64,000 nt of DNA from positions 7,688,001-7,752,000 of the forward strand of contig JBHGNT010000021.1 of NCBI GenBank assembly GCA_043228905.1. Direction: 5' to 3'. Under the pieces are notes generated by a model. That model did no database searches. It was not told where the DNA came from and saw only the letters and a list, made by a program, of their open reading frames with translations. The translations under genes and the position numbers were made by a program. Shown in pieces: positions 1 through 12,400 of this stretch. The number at the start of each line of letters is the position of its first letter. Position 1 is the stretch's first letter. Source of the DNA: Azolla caroliniana. Lineage: Eukaryota > Plantae > Polypodiophyta.

Positions 1-117
1 CAACCTTCATTGATAAAGTTCTTGAACATCGAGAGTCACTACTCACTTTCAGACGTATCACATGAAATGTAATATTTTTAGTCTCATAGGTTATATTTGA
101 CCTCCGAAGACGATAAT

Positions 118-123
<6 letters not shown>

Positions 124-179
<56 letters not shown>

Positions 180-197
180 TCTCTCTCTCCTTCTCTC
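124..197. repeat. (CT)n microsatellite
   Basis: Direct read of a CT dinucleotide run. Confidence 0.95.
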
Positions 198-577
198 GAG
201 AGTTCTACACCTCCCTTAGTACTAATCCTCATCTTTTAGTACTAATTCCTTCTTTGTTTTAGTATTGTTCCTTACAATACTTCTCTGTCTTGGTACTGCT
301 CCTAACAGGTCTCTCGATCACCGACTAACCGCACTGGAGGGGGAGTACCAAAAAACAACAGTAATCATCGATGTCAAACAATAGTCGATCGATCGATCGA
401 AACTTATCAAAGGAGTCGAAGTACGATAGCAATTGTGCCGAGAGCCAAACAAGGAGCACAAAGTAAAGAAGGAGTCGAAAGCCAAACAACCAAAACAACT
501 CGAAAGCCGAATCAAAGTTTTTCGAAGATCAAACCGAACCAACGTTTTGACATTTGGAAGTTGTGTTCAAAGGAGGG

Positions 578-764
578 TGTTGAGAATCGAACTCAACCTC
601 CCATAGAGACAGTGTTCACACTACCCAATGGACATCATACTAGGCTAGATTTGTAATTAATAGAAAGGGCACTTGCCCTCGACTAGTTGGTATTTAAACC
701 AACTCTTTGTAACTTAGTTACTGCTGGAGGTAATTCTATCTTTTTACTAATACAGCTCCTTGGT

Positions 765-843
<79 letters not shown>

Positions 844-917
844 CTTACATGCACTCACACACCCACACATAGCTCGCTTCCGTTGCACAACACCACTTAT
901 GTCTCACCTTCTTTACA
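578..917 (+). mobile_element. 3' LTR of an LTR retrotransposon, same family as the solo LTR at 27094-27468
   Basis: Purine tract AAAGGAGGG (569-577) directly precedes TGTTGAGAATCGAACTCAAC. The unit ends TTCTTTACA at 917 and carries an internal (CT)n run. Both termini match the solo LTR at 27094. Confidence 0.75.
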
Positions 918-2812
918 ATAGGCACAAAGATATGCAACTATATAATTGCTCTTAAAGTTACAATGGCAACAACATCATCATCAACCTAACTAGGTTACAA
1001 AGGTGAGTTTAAATACTAATTGACCCATGGCAACTACCCTTCCCATATTTACAAATATGGCCTAAACCTAGTTTGTCCAATGCGACAGTGTGAATATGTC
1101 CATTATGAACCCGTATTCGGCAGATAATGTGTTAAATGAGGGTAGTTAGGCCTCATATTTATAGCCAAACCTAAGGCCTCCAGGCCAGTTCACACTTGGC
1201 CCTTGTGGTTTGTCTCAATTCTTAGGATTAAAAGTAATCCTCCCTTCTTTACACTCTCGTTTAACCCTCGCACTTTATCCACGTGTATATAATACTACAG
1301 ACTATAGTCTACAATACAAACTTACCACTGAATAATTTATGGTCATGCCCATAACAAAGTAACTAACTTCACTCCTTATTATATTCACGAGAACAAACTC
1401 CAAAATGTCATGATAATCCTCTTTATACCAATTGCCTTCGGTTTCAAAATTTGCTTGATGAATTCTTCCTCTCACTGGGGTGACATTACAATCAATGGTC
1501 CATGTGACCCAATTAAGAAAAGTTTAATTGATTTACTACTTAATTCCTTTGTTTTTTCTTGTAGATTTGATCTAATATCCATGTGGGCTCACTACATGAG
1601 CGTCAAGATAATCCAACCACTTACAATTATGTACATCAAACAAATGGTAGCATGTCCCATTGAATATGTAGCCAACCACTACGCGAACAATGTTTTTGCC
1701 ATCTAGATTTTACCATTCGCGTTTTCAAACAATATGCATTGTTTTTTAACACTAGAAAGTATGAAACACAAGGCTTACTACCATGAAAGCCTTTGCACAA
1801 TATTTTATCCTCCAAGGCACAAATAGAACATCGATTTTTTACATCAACTTACATATGTATCCATGACCATGGTTTCGGCTTTTATAAAAGAGATAACTTG
1901 CACACACCATCAAGTAACCCTTTTTTTATTCATGTACACTATTTTGTTAGAGTAAGGCCATTGTTTTGTCTTGTCTTATCCCTCTTGCATATATAAACTT
2001 GATAGTTGGGTTAACTAATTGATTGGTAAAAAAAATTATCTAATACTAGTCGTGCAAATTTCAGAACTCGGGCCTATAACTAATGTTGAAAGTGTGAATC
2101 TAGCCACGGATAGATTAGGAAAAAGAAAATCTAAAAAATCATCATTCTTGTTATGATGAGAATTAAGATCATCCAAATAAGGGTTGTGTGTGTGTATGTG
2201 GAGATGCACTTTCATGTTTCTACATTTATATGAGCATGTGTTTCATATTTGTGTGTCAAGTTTGTTGGTACATAACACATCACTATTGGGAAACATTCTA
2301 ACAAAGTGATTATGAATTTGGTGCTTATTTTTGAAAGATCGAGCATATTTTTATCATTTTGTATACACACCAGCAACATGGTAGGAAGATTAAGCAATGT
2401 GTTACAAAAGAAAATATTTAGATGAGATCATACCTTAAAGTAAGAATATATGGAAACATATACATATATATAATGAATATAAAGAAGCTTCGTATATATA
2501 TAGGAGAAATATGTGATTGGTTAATGGTCATCAAAAGTCGTAACAGTCGCAACAAAAGTTATAGCTTTTATAAATGCGGTAGCTTAAGCCAGAATAAACA
2601 TGCTTCATTTATTAAAGAATGAAACAACATCAGTGGGCCAATGTCTTAGTGTTTTTTAATTTAAGGTAAATGCACTTGCAATCACGGAAGTTGTGGCTCT
2701 AATACCTTTTTAAGTATATGTATGCAACTCTTTCTCTTTTTGTCAAAATAAACTATAGTGGTATGAAGCCTAACCGATGTTTGATTGATTGAATGACTTA
2801 TTATAGGTCAAT

Positions 2813-2839
2813 GGGGGGGGGGGGGGGGGGGGGGGGGGG
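2813..2839 (+). repeat. poly-G tract (27 nt)
   Basis: Direct read. Confidence 0.9.
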
Positions 2840-2999
2840 TTACCTGTATTCGACAAGGGGGGACATAAGAGGACCTAGAAATGACGTGCATGTATTTTAA
2901 GGGGAGGTTCACAAATACCAACTAACATTCAATGTATATCCCCACTCCAACATATGCATTGTATCTTGAAACCTTTTTAATGTGTCCCTATAGAATCTA

Positions 3000-3500
3000 C
3001 TATGGGTTTCGAAGTCCACACTTTTGCCCTTTCCCTCTAGCACCTATCATAGACATGTCAATGGCATTGTTAGGTGACTACATTGGCACACCATAATGTC
3101 TAAGAGTGATGAATTACAAGCATAGGCCTTGCATAATCCCCTAAAGGAAGTGATTCCCCTCTATTCCAAAACAAATGGTAGAAACAACTTATGTACTTGA
3201 CATTATCCCTTCAAAGTTATCCTCGTGTTTATGTATCCACCTATTGTTCATTGTAAATTGAGTTTCTAAGGCTAAATACACAATTTACCACTTCCTTCTA
3301 GTAAATATCACGATTCACACATATGTCTATGGCATTAGTAGGTGACTACACATGTCGATGTCTAATAAATGTACATTATGAGCATAGTCCTCACACAACT
3401 CCCTTGAAGGAAGTGATCACTGCCATTCCAGAATTGGCATTGGAAACAACTTATGTACTTGATATTATCCCATCCCAAATCTCCTCGTGTTTGTATCTCC
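3000..3500. repeat. Diverged ~270-bp tandem duplication
   Basis: ATGGCATT..TAGGTGACTACA, AAGGAAGTGAT and GAAACAACTTATGTACTTGA..ATTATCCC each occur twice about 268 bp apart (first motif at 3061 and 3329). Confidence 0.8.
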
Positions 3501-5499
3501 TTTTAACCCACGACTTCTTATGCAAATTGTACTAGCCCAACTTTACTACAAATTAGGATTATAGGTTGACATAAATTGGTTATAGTTAAATCTTTGGGAA
3601 TTAGCCCAAATCTAGTCCTTTCATGAAGAGAATTTGTGTATCATGTGGGGGGATAAAAGAGGCAACCTTGACAAAATTGTCCATCAATAAATTTTCAACA
3701 AGGTGGACAAGGAATCATAACATTTGTTTCTTTATGGAGTTTTAGGTTGTTGCCTTTATGTAGAGGTATTCAGGTCAAACAAAATATATTTTATTGACCA
3801 TAGTCCAAATTTTAGTTGCTTTATTGAGGTTGGTTGTTAAGTCACCTTCAATCCTGGGTGGTAGTGATTTATAACAATTCAATTCCATGTGTATATATGC
3901 GATGCATTTATATAATGGGAAACCTCCATACCGTAAATGGGCTCCAATGAGATGATGTCGGGAGAAGCATTCGGCTCTCTAATTCATTTATGACATGATA
4001 TTGATGAGCCAAGTGTGGAACCATGCATACTTGGCACTAGGTATGAGGTGGTGTTCCTGAGTCATGAAGTTGGTTGGACTATAGGTGCCTAACATGTAAC
4101 GCTTCTATTATCTAAATGGCTATACTTAAATGGGGAACCATTTTGTTAAGCACATGACCAATGCTTGGATGGGCAATCTCTCACGATAGTATGGGAAACC
4201 ATTTTGTTTAAGCTTTATTTTGTTATAATGGAATTCTCACGATCTCATAATACAATTAAGTATGGAATGCCATGAATATATTTGGTATACAATCACATTA
4301 TTACATACTTTTTTGTGTGTGGAAGGTGTATATAGTGAAGGGTGTATCGAGTCATTTATAAAATCATCGTATCAAACTTTATACATTGTATCAAACTCTT
4401 CTCATTTTATGGTGTTGAAAATCATCACGAGATCTCATTTCATAATGGTGATAATATTCCTATCATGGCCCCATGTCATACCGTGTTTTCATGGTCATGC
4501 ACCTAAATGCTCAAGAATCGATGCAAATATGTAGATATACGAGGCCTATGCACATGGTACAAAAGAAGTGAGACATACAATATCCTAATATACATATTTG
4601 TCGTTTTCTTGATCTAGGCCCATGTGCTGTCTTTCTTGATTCGTATCGACAATTAATTGATTGAAACATTATTGTTTAAATTAGGGTAAAAAACAAAATT
4701 GGGCAACATATTAGGTGTATTGATAACATCGCCAAATGCCGTGTAGATTTACAATATATATAAATAGGGGAAATATCAAATTTTGGTAGTATTGACTCTA
4801 GTCTACATAATTTCGTTAATGCCCGCATGCACCCTTGCCAATTTTATTGCATGGTTTTCACTTATTGTAATCTAGCACTTACTTGGATTATTAACCAAAT
4901 CAAGCTTGAACGTAATAAAACATTTAAATGTGATGAATACGTTGATTTTGATGATAAACTTTACAATATATTTAAGAACGAGATACCCGTAATAACAAAG
5001 ACAAGGATAGAAATTTAATTCATTGAATGGGGTTGCCATTTAGAACCCATAATCCATTGTTCTAGTTTACTTTTGTCCTTGTCTACAAAAGTATAGCTTA
5101 CAATCAATTACCTCTTGTGTTACTTAAGCACTACAATGTCCAATAAGAATAAGTCATTACGTGATCAAGAGGAAACAACCAAACTTCGTAAGACATGTCG
5201 TGTTGCATAAAACAACGTACTAAGGATGTATTTCACTTTCGAGTGGATGGTTTACAATTTCGTTTATTGGCTTTGAGCTAAGACATTGTTCTTGAGGTAA
5301 CAACTTGTTCTCACTCTCTCATTGATTGATTTCAAAATCATTATTGAAAATATATCTATATATATGAGGGGTATATGTACTTATACAAGAAAGAGGTGTG
5401 TGTGTGCGTGTGCGTGTGCGTGAGTGTGAATCCGTTTACAACTTAAATAGGATATTCACTTAGACTTAGATTGTGACACGATCACAATGTACGTGTTCC

Positions 5500-6600
5500 T
5501 TTTTGAAAACATTTATTATGTGTATTGTGTGTAAAGAAATAAATTAATAGAGTTGGTGGGAGCAAGTAGAATTGTAATAACATCTATGAGTACGTTAGTT
5601 TGGCCTATGGGAACAAAACAACTCAATCGCTTGTTCCATAATTGAAAAGAGAAAAAACCCCTAAATAAAAAGGAAGAAAGCGAGAATGGATGGAAGGGGC
5701 AAGCCAATGTCAATGACCTTGCTCTGTTCTAACGGTTTTGGGGGTGCCCTATTGTTGAATGTGGTTTATCTAAGCCTTTGGAACTTCTCGAGGATGAAAT
5801 CCAAAAACTTGCAATTCTCAAATTGCGTGACACATTGCAACAATCCAAATCCTTCAAAAGTACACTTTAGTATTCATCTCCCATACCATAGCATTTAGAG
5901 CATCCACAAAAGGTAATATTTCTCTAACGATATCTCCCTTCCACGTACTTGTCATAACTTGCAGTTAATTGTAGGTTTCTTTGTGAATCCATGTGTACAT
6001 GACAGACAATGAAATTGACGAGATATAGCTTGAGAAAGTGGTTTTGATTATTTGTCATCATCATCCCATTGGAATTTGGGAGTTTAACCAACATCCTCTT
6101 GTTGTTTGGTCTTAATATGTAAACTTTTATCACCTACTTGTGTCTTGTTGGGCCTAACTCAAGGAAATCCAAGTTGTAATATAATGACGTGAAACAAAGT
6201 TATAACTTATCATACAAGAGCCCTATGTACAATCTCCCTCCGAATTATTGTGTTAGCCATCGCACAAAAAAGGTCAAATTGTGTTGTATTAAAAAAGATG
6301 AGGCTGGAAAAGATTCGTTGACTTTCCATGAACATTGCTTTAATTGTACATAACCTATTTCTAGACGAAACTAAAGAAAACAAGACCCTACTGTTTTTAT
6401 CAATGCAATATTTAGAAACAATCCTATTACCTAATATCCCAAAATATAAGTCCTTCATTCGGTATTCATCATCACTGACCCATTGTTGCTACAATCTCCA
6501 TGTGCATGCAACCAATGGATGTGTTGCCCGTCACATAAACTCGATGTTAGCCAATAGAAATAACAAAGGTTCCCATATATAACCACAATTTACAAGCACG
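5500..6600 (-). pseudogene. Highly degenerate Ty3/gypsy RT remnant
   Basis: Fragment FGILGNRIVSKYCID resembles the gypsy RT motif LLGHIVSxxGI. Many stops; boundaries approximate. Confidence 0.3.
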
Positions 6601-8559
6601 ATCCTGCTTGAGGAAATTGCCTCTTATATGGTGCTAATAGTTAATATTGTTGGATGAGTTAATATCTTAATATCTGCTCACTTCACCTAGTGTGTCATTG
6701 TTACTAAGACTCGGTTGCCAATTCATCATGTAAATATTATATTAGGACCTTAACATTGATCCTCATAATGAGAAATTTTGGTGGCATTATTGACAACAAT
6801 GAATCCATGAAAATATCAAAAGGTTACACAAATTTGTTCACTTAAATGGACGATGGATAATCATATATCTTTTACAAACAACATTAAAGTAATGATCTAT
6901 ACATTAGGTGCGCACACTATTTTATTGGCAAAGCAATCAATGGTAGTTAGGAATGTTGTCAAAGAACGATTGAACTCGTGATCCCTGTAGTTGCATGTTT
7001 TGTGATTACTTCTTAAGAGACTACTAAAGAGTGGTTACACTCTTTGCCATTAGGGACTAGTAGTAGCAGTTGAAACTTTGTTGGGAATTGAAAGAAAATG
7101 TCATTTAACATTCGTTACATTAACGAGGTTGCTAAGTTTGGGAGCTAACATAACATTTGCCACCTATTCAATGAAGGATTTGTGCATATGCATGTGTATA
7201 ACATGACTTCTCCCTAATATATGTGCGTGTATAACATGCACATCTATGGGTTTGTTCAATACTAGAGCGCCTTCAATATTTTTTAAGATTACTTTGTAGC
7301 TTTAATTATACCAAATTGGGCTATTATTTATCGCAAATTGATTGGCATGATGCTCATGACATTATGGAACGTCATAGGCAACATGTGCCTCGTAAAAAAT
7401 GTTAATGTATTGTATACATGATTGACATTCCTAATGAAAAAGGTTGACAAACATGTGTCACATCAAGAGGAGGAAACTTTGGAATGTATCAACGACAAGG
7501 TTTAACGATGTAAATCACATAAAATACTCATGGTGGAGCCAATCCCTAGCAATATCTCAAAACCTCGATTCAAGACATAATTTGGGTATTGGACAACAAT
7601 GAGGTGAATCCCGTTTCTTAGGTGCTTTAGCTAACACATAATAGTGTGACAATTTGCACCCGATCAACTAGTAACTCGTGTCAGTTTTGAAAACGAGAAG
7701 AACATATATTATTGGACCCAATTTCTACCTATAAAAGGAACCTAATCAACACGTGCCATGTTTAAACATTAAGAATTATACAAAATATACTAGAAAGTTC
7801 TGGAGACAAAACTAATGAGATAAAAAATATTGAATTTCTGAGGTATCCTTTAGGAGATCACTCCCATCCCATTGGGACACCAAATATTCCATGGGGTCAA
7901 TGTTTGATTCCTTTCTTCTACGACTATATGACACTGCGTTCTAAGTGAATGGAGATTAACAATGGTGATTTATAAGACGATTTTGTTGAATTAAGGTTGC
8001 AACGTCATGTAAATAAACATTGATTGTGGAAAGGTAAAGTCGAGTCATAACAATTCCATGTTAGTGTTTGAAGGACAAGTTATTTTGAAGGCTCCCATCA
8101 CTTGAATATGGTGTGAATCGCAATACACTTCTTCGGCTCTCCAAAGATCTTTGTGCAATGTACAAAAGTGATAAAAAATGCACAGTGGCAACGAGCAAGA
8201 GACACCATCAAATTACTTGGTCATACCAATTACTGAAGCCACTTTTCTGAAGCGATGGAGCACTGGAAGGTGTTGATGAAGACCATATAACAGGGTAGGA
8301 GAGTTCATGTCTAGAGTCGTGGTGTCAAGGCAGTTTGTACATTGCCTGCGTTGTTTGGGAACTCGTCGGGGTTGAGAGGAAATTTCCAAAGCGGGATCTG
8401 GCGGGGTGTTTGAGAAAGTGTGGGCGGGGGGGCGTGATTGATGAAGGGATGGGCGAGCAGGGTGTGTCGGGATGCATGTGTGGATGGGGCGAGGAGACAA
8501 AGAGATAGAGAAAGACTCGTGATGTGGTCGAGGTTAGGGAGACAAAGATAGAGAGTAAG

Positions 8560-8860
8560 CCATGGGCATGTGCTTGGGCATGGACGGCATATGCATGTGC
8601 ATGGACGGCATGTGCATGTGCGTGGTCATTAATGGCATGTGCATAGGCATGTGCTTGAGCATGGTCACTCATGGCATGGGCATGGATGATATAATATGCA
8701 TGTGCTTGAGTATGGTCATTGATGGCAAATGCACGTGCGTGGGCATGTGCATGGGCATGGTCATTGATGGCATGAGCATTGGCATGGGCATGGATGGCAT
8801 ATGCATGTGCGCGGACATGTGCTTGAGCATATATGTATGTCCATTGATGGGCATGGGGAA
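8560..8860. repeat. CATG-rich hexamer-based minisatellite (GCATGT/GCATGG units)
   Basis: Dozens of GCATG[TG] units. These generate the spurious His-Ala and Met-Gly-Cys ORFs in the ORF track. Confidence 0.85.
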
Positions 8861-9077
8861 GCATTTCGGACAAAAGCAAAAAACAGAATGAAAAAGAAAA
8901 GAAAGAAAAAGAAGAAATGTTTGGGAGCAGAAAAAGCGAGAAGGAAAAGAGACACAGACACAGACACAGAGATGGTGATGGTGGTGATGATGATGATGAT
9001 GATGATGAGGACATATTAATGTCCACCGAGCAGAGAATAGTAGAAAGAAACAGAGAAGAGAAAAGAAGAGAAGAGAT

Positions 9078-9109
<32 letters not shown>

Positions 9110-9444
9110 AGAGAGATCATCACTTTCTGGATGCAGCCTGGAATTGCCTGCACTGGATCTGTTCTTAATGCCATCTCCGCCCAGCATCTATCTCTAAGGT
9201 TTCCTGCCATCTCCAGAGATAGCTGATCACACAGAGGAACAATAGAGAAGGCAAAGACTGAAAGACAAGGTAAAAAAAGACAGGAAAGGAAGAGGGCGAC
9301 AGAGATCGGTGGGGGATTCGGTTCTATTTTCTCTCCATTGATGTGAGAAAGAAAGAAAGAAAGAAGAGGGAGAGAGATTCCTTCTGCAGGTAGGTTTAGG
9401 TGGGTGGGGGTGGGGGGGTTTGATTCTCAACCAATGGCATTCCG

Positions 9445-12400
9445 ATGACGACAAAGCAGACACAGACACATACTCAGACTCAGAAGAAGGAAGAGATTCT
9501 TCTTCCTATGCGAGCATATGTCAGATTTCCAGCAGGACAGCACCTTAATGTCCCATCGCCCCCTTCATCACCACGTATTTCTTCGCCTCGCTATCGATAT
9601 GGGCGAACAAGAAGCAGCAATATTATGCAACACCAACAACAAGGTGGATACTTGCCCTCTGTTTCTTCTTCTTCTTCTTCTTCCTCTAATGCTACCACCG
9701 CCAATTTTTCTCACCATCAAGGAATATTCTCGGGTTCCGCCTTCATACGCAGCACGCGGACATTTTTGCAAAGATTCACTTACCTCATCTTGTCTCTTCT
9801 GTTGAAGAGACATGTGGTATTCCTTATTGCTCCACTTGTCTACATCTCCGGAATGCTTTACATGGGTACGATTCCTATGGAATCGCCTGTGATCGTTCCA
9901 ATCTCTTCTCCACCCCCGGGGTCGGTCTACCGGAGTCACGAAGTCTTTCACAACCTATGGCCTGAGATGAAAAATTCGAATAGTTCTTTCCTGGTAAGCA
10001 AGATTCTCTATTATCACGTGGTATCGGTATCATTATTAGAACTCCTAATCAAGAGGTCAGTATCAATTAGCAAATAGTTGATGGAAATGTGGAGATTTAA
10101 GGCTAGCATAGCACTGTAGCATGAGGTGATGGTGATCAGCTCCTTTGCACGTTGTCGCCAGAAGAGTATGAGCCCATTTATGAGATGAATATAGTCAAGA
10201 AGTAATGCACAAGTGTAGGTGACCCTTCAAATAACTCTTGAACCCTAACTATTATGCAGGAGTCGGGACAATGTCATATCCAGACCATATATATCAAGAT
10301 CATGAGTGCCCCTGATTAGTGATTAGCCTTGATTTGACTACCAATTACATGTTTGTAGTGATCAGATATTTGTTGGGGGTCTAGGACATAATGGGCCGAT
10401 ATTTTTATGGCTTTCGCTACAAAATAATGGGCCATGCAATTTTATGGATTAGAGGGAATGTGCTTATGGTTCATAAGTACTCATCATCTTTTCCCAACTG
10501 TTAAGCTTCTGGTATCAACCAGAAGAGACAAGAGTGATATTTTTAAATCTTTATTATCCTTGAGTTCGTTCCACTAATGTTGCCACAAACCACGGTCCAA
10601 AACTTATACACATGTGTATGCAAAGATGTCTTAATTTTTTCTGCAGGTGTCCATTAATAACGCATTCAAAAACTCAACTGCCAATCTCAAGTTAAGAAAT
10701 GTGGATGTATCAAATGTATTGTGAAGCTAGCTTTAAGGAGCCAAGTATTCTGAAATGTAAATAAGTGCCAACTGATTAAGAATGTACAAACACCTCCCAA
10801 GAAAACTTCGGGATAAAATCGCGTAAACTACTGTTATCAAAAAGCTTCAAAATGAAACTTAGATGTTGAAATATCTAAATGAATATGAATGCACGGTGGT
10901 TTGGAGACTGCAGATGCCATATAATTTGAAATAAAGGCCCGAATATATCGAAAAATGACATTTTGAAATAAAGGTTGAATTTCACATAAATTTGTCTTTT
11001 GATAGTGAAACAATAGCTCTTCTAGATGTTTTTGAATCTGTTGACATGCTATTGTATCTTGTAATGGAAAAAATGGGTGGCTTATTATAGGTGTGCCATT
11101 TAAAGAGGTGCAATTTTTTTTGATTATTGCAGATATGTTTATTTGTTGTTCATTATGATAATGCATTATCTATTCATAATTTACACATAAGAGGACTTTG
11201 TTGCATAACCATGACTATATTCAGAGAATCCTATTTATTTTTACAGCTAACAGAAGCATGGCATCAAACAAAAGAAAAGGAGGATTGGAAACCTTGTCTT
11301 AATAGTCTAGTTCCTTCCAAAGGTAAAGTAACTGCTTTTACAAACATAATTAGAAAATATGAAATCAAGGATTTTTTGTTAGAGTGAAAAATTTCATACT
11401 AGTTCATGGCTATTTAGGTTTGCAAGAGTCAAACGGTTTTATCATTATTGAAGCAAATGGTGGTTTGAACCAGCAGCGGTCCTCGGTATTTTGCAACCCA
11501 GATTTACTATTTTTGGACCTTTATGTTTTCAAATGAAGTTCCACTGAGTTGTGAATCACCTTTTTGAATGTTTAGATTTGCAATGCTGTTGCAGTCGCTG
11601 GACTTTTGAATGCAACTCTTGTTGTACCCAGCTTTCATTTGAACAGTGTATGGCAGGATCCAAGGTGAGATACCAATTGGTAATTTCCATATTTATTCTT
11701 TATTTGTTTTTGATGTTTTGGTTGGTGTGTTTCTTTATTTTTCTACACTTCGCTGGGCTCACAATGCATGAGTTTGATTGGTTCCCCACTCCTCAGCCTA
11801 CAAGAGAGTCACCCTTGTAAACTTTCCTCTACATGCCCATAATGTTAAACACCATAGTTGTGGCCATGTGGATATCTTATACCCTCTCTTTGGAGTTATG
11901 CATTCCCCTTTTTGTCACTGAAGATAAGGAAAATCAGCAAATGAAGTTGAATTGTGTAATATGGCCCATAGTTGATACTTTGAACACAAATTTATAGACT
12001 TTGGAATGTAGCTTATAGTTGATGTTGATCAGAAAAAAGTGGTTCTCTTAGGTCCACAGTGACACATTTAAAGCACGACGAAGCAAAATACTACCTAAGT
12101 TGAGATGCAGCTATACAGAGCCAAATATGCTGGTAGGAGGCAAGAGTAATGCTGCAGTGGGCAGCCTTGTTATAGTTTGAAGTCACGAAGAGATGAAGAT
12201 GAGAAGGAAGAATCAGCTTGACAGGCGGAGTTTACAATTTTTTTTCCGCAGAAAACTTATTTAATTTCTTTAATAGTTTCCATCATTGATGCAAATAATG
12301 CCTAAATATTCACGTTAACAATCACATACCTCAGAATGCTGTTGATTCCACAAGAAACTATGTAAAAATGGAGATCATCACAGGATGACGTGAGTGGTTC

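Noticed and set aside
6940-7030. tRNA gene (also near 15160-15225 and 47795-47815)
   Set aside because: Only degenerate B-box-like motifs without a cloverleaf; at best old SINE fragments.
8325-9187. His-Ala-rich and Met-rich ORFs as real genes
   Set aside because: They are translations of the CATG minisatellite and SSRs, open in several frames, with no domain or splice structure.
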